Positions 27,582 to 37,950 of a DNA stretch of 64,000 bases are shown one piece after another. Source of the stretch: Vicugna vicugna. Lineage: Eukaryota. Position 1 is the stretch's first letter, and every line of letters begins with the position of its first letter. Below the pieces are notes generated by a model that saw only the letters and a list, made by a program, of their open reading frames with translations, had not been told where the DNA came from and searched no databases. The stretch is taken from contig MU058687.1 in the NCBI GenBank assembly GCA_013265495.1, positions 2,792,001 through 2,856,000 of the forward strand. The letters are read 5' to 3'. A program made the translations under genes and the position numbers.

Positions 27582-28150
27582 AATTTATTGAAGTATAGTC
27601 AGTTTACAATGTTGTGTCAGTTTCTGGTGTACAGCACAATACTTCAGTCATATAGTAATATACATATATTCATTTTCATATTCTTTTTAACCATAAGTTA
27701 CTACAAGATATTGAATATTGTTCCCTGTGCTATACAGTATAAACTTATTGTTTATATATTTTATATGCAGTAGTTAGTATCTGCAAATCTCGAACTCCCG
27801 ATTTATCCCTTTCCACCCGCTTTCCCCCGGTAACCATAAGTTTGTTTTCTATGTCTGTGAGTCTGTTTTTGTTTTGTAAATAAGTTCACTTGTCTTTTTT
27901 TTTCTTTTTTTTAGATTCCACATATAAGTGATATTATATGGTATTTTTCTTTCTCTTTCTGGCTTACTTCACTTAGAATGACATTATCCAGGTCCATCCA
28001 TGTTGCTGCAAATGGCATTATTTTATTATTTTTTATGGCTGAGTAGTATTCCATTGTATAAATATACCACAGCTTCTTTATCCAGTTATCTGTTGATGGA
28101 CATTTAGGTTGTTTCCAGGTCTTGGCTGTTGTATATAGTGCTACTATGAA
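27582..28150 (-). mobile_element. L1 3' end, 5'-truncated
   Basis: tttattgaagtatagtcagtttacaatgttgtg...gtccatccatgttgctgcaaatggc...gatggacatttaggttgtttcca. Confidence 0.85.
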
Positions 28151-30597
28151 AAGAAACTCTTTTTAAAGGGCTGTGAAGAATAGACCAGCAGTGGGAGGTT
28201 GCACTGGACAACTTAAGTGGATCTGCCCAAGACCCTATGAGAGACACCTCAGGGGCCTCCAGAAGTAACTGAGGAAGAGTTGGCAGGACAGAGGATGAGT
28301 AGAAACTTCTATGGACCCTCGAGAGGGGCTCAGAGCTAATGAAACTGAGTTTGGATGTAGGACCTCACTGGCACCCACAGGCTGGTGAAGTCTGGTGGCA
28401 TGATGCTGTGAAACACCGCACTTGATTCTTTTCCTCTATATGCCGTTCAACTTCAAAAATTCTGTTCTTAGTGAAGATACCATGAGACATGCTTACAGTG
28501 TAGAATTCCAAGTGCAATTTTCCCACTAGCTGATGGCCCTGCTTCCCCACACCCTTCTACAGAGGGTCCTGGTAAGGGGGAACCTCTCAGAAACTGTTTC
28601 TAGGGCAGCAGCTGCGGGGTTTGGGGCTGAGAAGAAAAGAAGTCACTTTTTTCTGTGTTAGGGTAGAGCACCAGATATGATTTGCTAAAGGCTTCTGAGT
28701 GATGAGGTTATTAGGCAAAGGTTTTTTTCTATTGCAGCTGAAGGTGGAATGAGAGGATCTGTGGGGTAGACTGCAGCGTAAAGGATTTAGATTAGAGAAG
28801 TAAAAGATTTCCCAACATCAAAGGGAACAGATGCTCTGCTCTAGGCCCATTTTTAAAGGGAAATAGAGAGGCCTCCCTTGTCTGCCAGCCTTCCAGATCT
28901 AGTTTAAATGGCTCTCCACGTATCTTTCCCGAACTCCTACCCTCTACCTGAGTTCACTAGTCTTGTCTGTGTTCCACATCCTCATTACAGCACTTAGCAA
29001 CACTGAGCTGTGAACTTCTCAGGGGTAGAGACTGGGTCTTATTCTTTAATGTATCCTTGACTCTTAGGAGGTGCAAAGCACACAGATGTTGGTTGGTTCA
29101 ATCATAAGAGAAAAGCTGCCTCAGACAGGAGGATGTTAGTACTCGTCAGGGCAGTGTGTGTTTGCAGGTTTTGAGCTTCCCCTGGGGAGTGGGCCATGAG
29201 GAACTACTGGAAGTTGTTAGGAGGACACAGTGAGGGTGCATCAGGAAAGCACCTCTACAGCATCTTCCCTCTGTCCCCTTCCTTCTGCCTGACATTGTGT
29301 CTGGAAGCAAAGGTCAGGTGCTCCATGTGAAGACAAGAGGTCTGAATGATTTCTCAAGAACACCAAAGGGTCTGAGGGAACTGGATGTTGGGGAAGATGA
29401 TGAAAATGCAGGTGCCTTGCATTGGGGAGGACCAGTAGAGAAACCCAAAGTGCTAACAAAATGTGAGTGGGCCTTGGTGGGGGCAGGAAATTCTGGGCCA
29501 GAGTACAACTACCCACAGGAGCTTCCTCTCTCCTTTGTGGATCCAGTCCACTCAGGAGGGGCAGCCAGCGAGTGTGCACAGGATTGGGCACCAGTTCTGT
29601 CAGGAACACTCCGTTCACACCATAGCCTGGCACCTTCCTAAGGAAGAAAAGATGCCAAACCAATCCCCCAGATGAATCAACTCAAGGGAAATGGGCTAGT
29701 CAAACCCCAGGTTCTGTCTAAACATTGTCTCCCCAGTGGGAAAGAACTTGGCTCAAGGGATTAAAAAAAAACTCCTTAATGCAAGATCTGGAACATTCCA
29801 AAGTCCCTCCCCAAGTGAAGATGCTGATGGCACTGCCGCAAAGTAGACAAAGAAAAGCAAAGGACTTCTTTTAAACTGGAACGTGTAACACAGAGGCGGG
29901 GAGGCTGCAAACACCGCGGCAGCAATTACGCAGAGAGGCTGCAGTACAGATACAGGGCAGCATCCTACCCGGCAACACTGGCACCATCATACTCCAAAAG
30001 AGCTGTTTAAGAGCTGCTAATTACTGAGATTCCAATAAGAGCTCTGTCTTAAAAGTGATGTTGATCTGACTGCAGCTTTTTGAACTGATTGCAGCTTTAA
30101 GCTATAAAGGAAGGACTCTAAATAAAAGTGAAAAATCCTTTGATCAAACAAAAAGGAACTCGTCCAAACAAAAATACCTTTATCTTACATATACAGAGCT
30201 GTCTGTTTCACATGTGTAAACAAATGATTTATATGCCTCTATTAAACACAGAAGTTCCCTGAGATAGAGACCATCCTTGTTCATCCTTATAACTCCTGAC
30301 AGTATTTAGCATAGTTTCTGGCCCATAGAAGAGGCTTACTGAATTGAGTTCAATTGAAGCAATTGCTGTATTAATGATTTAATCAGATAATTGCCATTTT
30401 TTTTTACAATAATGGGCTACTGTAAAATGAATACTAGGGTAAAGCAATACAAAAGGCTATTTTAGTAGCCGCATATCATGGAAAATGCACCTATTTTTTC
30501 AGAAGCCCAAAAGAAATATGCAGGTACAGTCATTCTTGAAAGGCAGTCTGTCCCCTCTACACTCCACAACAGAGACCATGTTGATTGTGCTGTGTGG

Positions 30598-30610
30598 GTT
30601 GCTAGGCAAC
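30598..30610. promoter_or_regulatory. RFX X-box GTTGCTAGGCAAC
   Basis: Match to the GTTGC-NNN-GCAAC RFX dyad consensus. Confidence 0.5.
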
Positions 30611-32725
30611 CGCTTGGTAATTCCCCATGTAACAGAGATGAAGGTGTCATCTGCTTTCTTGGCTACATATGACATGAGGAGACAACAGGTAAAGGACAGC
30701 CAAGAACATGTACACCTAGATGACACAATCACTCCTGAAGCATGATGACACTGGAGAAAATTCCCACACCCTGTCAGAAAGTGCTGGAGGGAGAATTCCA
30801 TTAAACTATTAGCACAAGACATCCAGTGAATTTTCTCTGATTTACCCTGTGGGTAAATCCTGTGGGTTATCCTGTTATCCTTGTTCACAAAGCAGGGAAC
30901 CAAAAGCCCTGAAGTTCTGCATGTGGACGGCTGTCATTTCAATAAGGGCTCCAGAACAGCGTGTCCCATGACTCCAGCTGGGATGAAATTTTACCAGATA
31001 AAAGCAGCCTTTTAAGTCTTAAAAGGGACACTCGACAACTGAAAGAAACCCAAGTTCTGGGTGAATAAACCATACCCTTTTATACCTGAGGAAAATGCTT
31101 TTAGTAATTTCTTTGGATGTGATTTCCCAGACATTTTAGGCAAATGAGCTGCCTTGTAAAGACCCCCACTCCACCATAGGTAGTGACATCGTTGTCTCTG
31201 AAACAGACTGAAAACCCGATAAAGCACTGGAGAATGAATAAGGAATGTCTCAAAGCTTCTTTTGACATTAAGAAAATAACTTAAATTTAAATGCCACTTC
31301 AAATTTGGAAAGCAAGAGTCCTCATCTTTTTCATATGACTTTTCAAAAGGACCACCCCCCAGATTAAAAAAAAAAAAAGACTATCTGCCCACTCTCTATT
31401 CCCGCAAATATCACATTTAACTCTTTTTCAGAAATTTCTTGCTTTTCAGTCTCCTGTTTGAGATTTAACTTTAAGGTCTTGGACTCTGGGATTAGGCAAT
31501 CAGATGGAGATAAAATCAACCAAGTAGTTTTGATGAACAACTGGGCAAGGCTTCAACTCAACATCTGCTATCCATTCGTCCAGGCTGTTGTAACGCTGAC
31601 TCGAGCCCAGCTGGCCAACCCCGTGGAGTGAAGGCTGTCAAAAGCACCCGCCCTGCCTATCTGGTGCTGGAAAGAGAGGTGCTGGTGTGCACAGCTCCCG
31701 GGCATCTCTCCGTCTGCAAAGGAAAGCCACGGTATCCATCATCTTTACTATGAGGTTTTGTAAAGTTCTTCATGGAATTCCAAATAGAGTCAGCCCTGAG
31801 CCAAATCAAACGTGAGGGAGGAGGATTCAAGGGCATTCTTGAGCAAAGTACTGGGGGTGGGGAGAGGTGGGGAGGAGGAGCAACAGAGGCTCTGGAATGT
31901 CTTTGCCAGATTTACAAGAGTGCCCCCAAACCTGTCAGCAGCTACCTTCACACCACCTCTTCAACATGCCCCAGCGACACGCACAGTTGTGTGCAAGGGC
32001 CTGGAGTGGGGAAGGACCAGAGCGTGTGAAAGAAACAACCACAGAAAAAGGGATCTCCAGTTGGCCCTTGCACCAATGGCCCTGGAAGCCACTCACTGCC
32101 CTGGCTGGTGGCGTCCTTCTTCTCTGGAGTCCTGTCGGTGATGTGTAAGCCCACTGTTAAATGTTCAGGAATTGGGGGTCCAGTGGTGTCAAGGTGGTTG
32201 AACACTTACTCTGCAGAATTTGCTTTGTGGGAGAAAAACATTTAATATAATCCCTGCCATGAAGGAGCTCAGACTCCAGTGGGGGAGACAGATGGGTACC
32301 CAAGAAATTACAGTGCAAACCAGTCTGGATCAAGCCACAAGAGACAGAAAGTGTTCAACTCTGGAAATAATTAATGTCTGTACGGAGGCAGCCCCTAATC
32401 TTAGGCTTTGTAGCCAGATTCCTGTCACTGGAGGGTCAGATTCCACTGAAGAGCCCCAGCTCTGTCTGGCAGTCTGCAATGGTGGCCTGCGTTTCTGGCC
32501 TTTTGGTGAGCCTGCAGCAGGGAACTCAGCTGTGATCTGAAAGCTGTTTTCAGAAGGGAGATGTGAGGCAAAGGAGAATCTATAAGTCAAAAATCAAATG
32601 GTTCACATAAAGGGACAACTGAACAGCTTTGTGAGTCATCTAGAGAAAGAGAGAAGTTGTGAGTTTAAATCAAAGACTTCATATTCAGTGGGAGGAGGTG
32701 ACACATTAAAAAAATCTTTCCACTA

Positions 32726-33570
32726 GTGCAAATCAAAACTACAATGAGGTATCACCTCACACTGTCAGAATGGCCATTATTAAAAAGTTCACAAATAAAT
32801 GCTGGACAGGATGTGCAGAAAAGGGAATCCTATACTGTTGGTGGGAATATAAATTAGTATAGCCCCTATGGAAAATAGTATGGAGGTTTTTTAAAAAACT
32901 AAAAATAGAGTTGCCATACGATCCAGCAATTCCACTCCTGGGCATAGTTCCAGAGAAAACTCTAATTTTAAAAGACACATGCACCCCAATGTTCATAGTA
33001 GCACTATTTACAACAGCCAAGACATGGAAACAGCCTAAATTCCATTGACAGATAAATGGATAAAGAAGGTGTGGTGTATCTATACAATGGAATACTACTC
33101 GGCCATAAAAAGAATGAAAAGAATGAAATAAAAAGAATGAAATAATGTCATTTGCAGCAACATGGATGGACCTAGAGATTATCATACTAAGTAAAGTCAG
33201 ACAGAAAAGACAAATATCATATGTTATCACTTATACACAGAATCTAAAAAATGGTACAAATGAACTTATTTACAAAATACACACAGACAAAGAAAACAAA
33301 TTTATGGCTACCACAGGGAAAAGGAGGGGAGAGGGATAAATTAGGAGTTTGGGATTAGCAGATATAAAATACTATATGGAAAATAAATAAACAAGGTCCT
33401 ACTGTATAGCACAGGGAACTACATTCAATATCTTGTAATAAACCATAAAGGAAAAGAATATGAAAAAGAATATACATGTAAAATTGAATCACTTAGCTGT
33501 ACACCAGAAACTAACTCAACATTGTAAACCAACTATACTTCAATAAAAATTTTTTTTAAATCAAAAAAAA
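32726..33570 (+). mobile_element. L1 ORF2 C-terminal remnant plus 3'UTR and A-tail, with target-site duplication
   Basis: gcaaatcaaaactacaatgaggtatcacctcacac...gatccagcaattccactcctggg...tatacttcaataaaa; TSD aaaaaaa(t)ctttccacta at 32708-32725 and 33563-33580. Confidence 0.9.
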
Positions 33571-35488
33571 CTTTCCACTAAAAAGATTCTAGATAGGGGA
33601 TCTAACAAGGCAGCTGCTGAGTGGTTTGGAAAGATACGTGGGTTGAAATCAGCATACATATCCCCCAAGCACAACCAGTATCTCCGCCATGTGCAGAGTG
33701 CAAGAGAGGACAGATGGAGGTGTTTTCTGCAAACTTGCCTTTACGGTGCCCAGTCACCACCCCAGGCATCCTTTCCCACATAAGGGCTTGTACCTTGTGC
33801 CTTCTGGCTCCCACTCCTGACTGGCCTCGTCCTCAGCACAGCAGGAAAGGATGTGGTAGCACCATTTCCACTTGAACGTAGAGGCAGCCTAGCAGAGCAG
33901 CCAAAAGCAAGGACTCTGGAATTCAATTCCCAGCTCCATCACTTACCACCAGTGACCTTGGCAAGTGACATGGCCTCTTCACCTTAATTTCTTCCTTTGT
34001 AAAGTGAGGATAATGATACCACAACCATGTCACAGGACTGTAGGAAGATTAAATGAATAAATTTGGGCAAATCTCTTAGGACAATGTCTGGAAATAGTAA
34101 GCACTCTGTGTCAATTATTATGAGACAATTTGTCTTGGGTTCTAGGGTATTTCCATTTTAAGCAATTATACTTATAGGAATTTTAGGTTTGGGCAACACG
34201 ATGGAGAGCTCTTTGGGAGGGGATTCCATTGTTCCTGAAATTGGTCCTGTGCCTACATATTAACACCCTGACTATAACCAAAATGTTGTCCTTTTATTGT
34301 CTCTGCCCTTCCAGATATTCCTAAAAATATGAGCCAAGAACTAATCTGGCTGGCGGGGCCTAGTCACCTGACTGCTAAGGGGAAAAGGAACATGCATGCT
34401 GTCATCGCACAATTCTGCTTCTGCCAGCCTGGGACCTGTAGGTCCCTCTCCCCTCCTCTCACTGACCCATGGCGCCAGGACCTTCGGGCATACACACACC
34501 TACCATTCCGTCATATCCTCCTTAAAAACTGTGAAGGGGTCAGCAGCAATAATGCCAGATGCCAGATTCAGACAAGAAGATAACTATGTTACAGATGGTT
34601 CAGAAACTAAGGTTCAGAAAAAAAAAAAAGATGATCCCCAAGTGTTGGTCCAAGAACTAACGCCAGTCCTTGTAGTGATGTTTTCACTGGTCCTTGGCAA
34701 AAGTGGAAAAGACTAATGCAATGAATTTTTCATAAATCAGAAATTATTCAATTTTTGAATTGTGAGATTATGGCCTATCTTCCCTCCTGGGTATAAGTGG
34801 GGGAAGATGTTGAAATGCTCCATCTTTTATACAATGATTTTGATAGGAGCTGGTATTTGAAACCAGATTTTTTTTTGCATACTTTCACTGCTATTATACT
34901 ATTATAATTACTTTTAAATAATTTAAAAATAGCTTTAATTTATACTCAACTTTAAATATAAAAATAAGTATTAAAGAATTATTTATAAATACTGTAAATT
35001 ATATATAATTATAAATGTACACTTTATAATATCTTCAAGTAAAACTCAGCACAAGGTTAGCTCTTTATGGCATCCTGCGCAGGACAGAAAACTCAAGTTC
35101 TCACGTGGACAGCGCAGGTTAACAACTTAAAGTAGTAGGCTGGGCAGAGATGTAGCTTCTGACCTCCAGTCCGTGGCACTCCATGACAGCAGAAAGGAAA
35201 AGAAGCCTATTTGCAAATCCCTAAGTGCAGTATTTAAGGGAGCAGGTCTCCCCCTGCTGGCAGTGGTGGCAGCAAAATGAGTCAAACCACAACTGGTGCT
35301 GAGGACTCAACTGGAAAGGACTCTACAGCAAGAAGAAAGGGGGCTGGTCGCCAGAAAAAGGAAAAAAAAAAGAAAGGGGGCTTGGAAAACCACTCTCCAT
35401 TACAGAAACCTTAGCCTAGACAAGAGTGTGACAGGAAAGATGAAGAGAACTCACAACACTTTGATAGGAAACTATCAACAGAGATGCT

Positions 35489-35540
35489 TCACAACATTGT
35501 AAAATGACTATAACTCAATAAAAAAAAGTTTAAAAAAAAA
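35489..35540 (+). mobile_element. Very short L1 3' terminus with A-tail
   Basis: cacaacattgtaaaatgactataactcaataaaaaaaa, flanked by aacagagatgct / aacagatgct. Confidence 0.7.
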
Positions 35541-36519
35541 CAGATGCTGATTTATAAACCCTGGTGAATTAGCAAAAAAACAAAACACATTGCTTTCGCT
35601 ATATAAAAATATTCATTATCCATTTTCATGAATTGCTTATTCTGTCTTTAATTAGACAGAACCATACAGTAGGTGAATAAAAATTATGCCTAAATTAGTC
35701 TGATTCATTGGGTTCCATTACCAAACTTGTCTTTGAAGTTCAAATTATTGATACAGCATGGCTATCTGCTCATAAGATACATAAAATCAGGGAAGTTTGA
35801 CTTATTTGCACTTTCGGAGGACTAAAATAATCCTCATGCTTTTGCTTATTTCATTTATTTTCTTTTGGTTGGTATGCATTCTTCTCTCACTCACTTCCAT
35901 TACTGTATATCTTGTTTTCAACCTGCCCTCTTTAAAGCTTTACCTACTAGTCTCTTCCTCTTTCAACAGCAAGGTTATTTTTCACTCCTTTGATTTTATA
36001 TAGATTTTGTCCAGAATCCTTTGGCATTTATCACATTCTCTCTCATACTGTTTATTAGAACATTTCTTTATTTTCCATATCAGATTCTAAGGTATTTGAA
36101 GGCAAAAATTGATCTGTTTTGCCTCAAAAAGAGGCAATATGGCTTAGTGGTTTAGATTCAGGACCTAGCAGTTTTGTCATTATGGGCATAAATTTCAATA
36201 AAATGGTCCATAAAATGGAAACGTTAGTAACACCGACCTCATTAATTTGTAGAGGAATGCACGTAAAGCTCTCTGGCTCTTAGTTACTTGATAATTGTTA
36301 ACCACAGTTTTCACTCCCTCCATCCCCTAAGGAAAAGATTTAACATGCTGTAGGCATTCAATTATTATTTGCTGGTAGAGCTTATGCTAATATTCATGCC
36401 TAGTAATGCATTAGCATTATCTGTGTCTGGAGGACTAATGTGATTACCCATGACCTAGAAGCGTTTAGCAAGGCTTGGACTACCCACATAGGGCGATTTT
36501 CCCCTGTCCATCATCTAGA

Positions 36520-36725
36520 TCAGCGCCCTCCAAAATTACTGTGATGCTAGCAAAGTGCTTTATAATCTGTGCTGGCCAATAAAATAGCCATTATCTACAC
36601 GTGGTTACTGAGTACTTGAAATGTGGACGGTGTGAACGAGAAACACAAATTTTTCCTTTTATTAAATTATAATTAGTTTCAATCCCCCGCCGTGATTTGT
36701 GGCTACACTACTGGACAAGGTAGCT
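36520..36725. mobile_element. MER3/MER33-type hAT-Charlie element
   Basis: ctgtgctggccaataaaatagcca...cacgtggttactgagtacttgaaatgtgg...gtggctacactactggaca. Confidence 0.7.
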
Positions 36726-36989
36726 CTAGAACTTGCCTCGACTAGCCAACAAACTTTAAATTCACCCTGAGTCAACGCATCAGAACGTCAACTAATCTCA
36801 ATCCCTTTTTAAACTGATGCACGTGTATTCGTTGTGACATTTCAAGAACTGGCGTGAGAAACAGGATCCCTGCAAAACCCAACACCTCGGTCAGTCTCAC
36901 AGAACAAAGCGAGTCACTCATCAAATGACATGAAGTCATCCAACAAAAATACAGATTGCGTCCCTGCCTCGTGAAGCACTGTTCAAAGG

Positions 36990-37950
36990 GGTGAAAGTGA
37001 ACGCAAACCAACCGCCGCGACAGGCGAGGCAACAACGTGAGTAGCGCGCGGGGCGGTCCAAGCCCGCCTCCGTCCGGCCTAGGGGACGGCGAAGCCGCCT
37101 GCCCGCCCACGCCGGACGCCTCCGCACGGGCTCGCGTGCAAGTCAGCATGGCCTGTCCCGGTCCTCAACCCTAACGGCGTCCTAGCGTACAAACCGAGAG
37201 AGCCGTCCCCCCCGGCCAACCCTAACCCTAACCCATCCGCGCCCGCAGGAGAATCACGCCTCCTGCCCCGTAGGCTAGAAGCCGGCCCACCCCGGTGTCT
37301 CCAAACCCCGCCTCGGAGCGGCGCCCCCACGTTGTTCGTTGCTCAAGATCCCCGTACAAAATGGCGGCGGGGCCTGAGACTCCGACCATAGAGACGTCCG
37401 CCTTCCGCGGACAGAGCGCCAGCCTCTTGGGGACGTCCGTGCCGACGTCTCTTCCGGCGGAGGCGGGAACAGCGTGCGCCTCCAACGGCTCTTCTAGGAG
37501 AACAGCTAGCAGTCTCGGTGGTGCCGGGTCCTCCGAGCCGGGTCACGTGCCTGGCGAAAGCCGACACGGAGTCGGAGGGAGGAGAAATGGGCGGGAGGCT
37601 GGTGGCGGGAGGGTAGCTTGAGACCCGACGACGGCGAGGTTGTCATGGAGCCGCGGGGCTGGACTCGCGCATGCGCCACCGTACCCGCGGGTCGTCCGGT
37701 CGCGGAGCGACGACCCGGGTCCTAGGTGAGAGAGGGAGGGCTACGGGTTGAGGGAAAGGGTTTTCGCGGGCAGCGTGTGGAAAAGAGGTGGGAGTAGGGG
37801 AGAGAAGGAGGGAAGCGAGGTAGGCAAGAGGGAGAGCCGGGACTTTCGGGGGACAGAGGGCCAAATGCTGGGAGCAGGGGGTGGTATGTTCCACCCCCAT
37901 TTAGTTGGTTGGTTTTGCTGCGAGGGTCGAGACTGCGTGGGAGAGGGAAT
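36990..37950 (+). promoter_or_regulatory. CIPC: CpG-island promoter of CIPC
   Basis: Very high CpG density; YY1 CAAAATGGCGGC 37357-37368, ETS CTTCCGG 37451-37457, E-box GTCACGTG 37542-37549, NRF1 CGCGCATGCGCC 37666-37677, GC boxes. Confidence 0.9.
37620..37725 (+). other. CIPC: CIPC non-coding exon 1 (TSS approximate; donor CTAG|GTGAGA)
   Basis: Donor gtgag at 37726 near the 3' edge of the CpG island; first coding exon lies 5 kb downstream. Confidence 0.65.

Noticed and set aside
29297..29641. 114-aa ORF with protein-like composition
   Set aside because: GTG start, no recognisable homology and no clear splice context
32757..33230. 157-aa [12 protein letters not shown]...
   Set aside because: Typical antisense reading of an L1 3' end
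1..36000. Numerous 60-170 aa ORFs on both strands
   Set aside because: No recognisable domains, many non-ATG starts, overlap with repeats and no exon structure; expected by chance in GC-rich mammalian DNA
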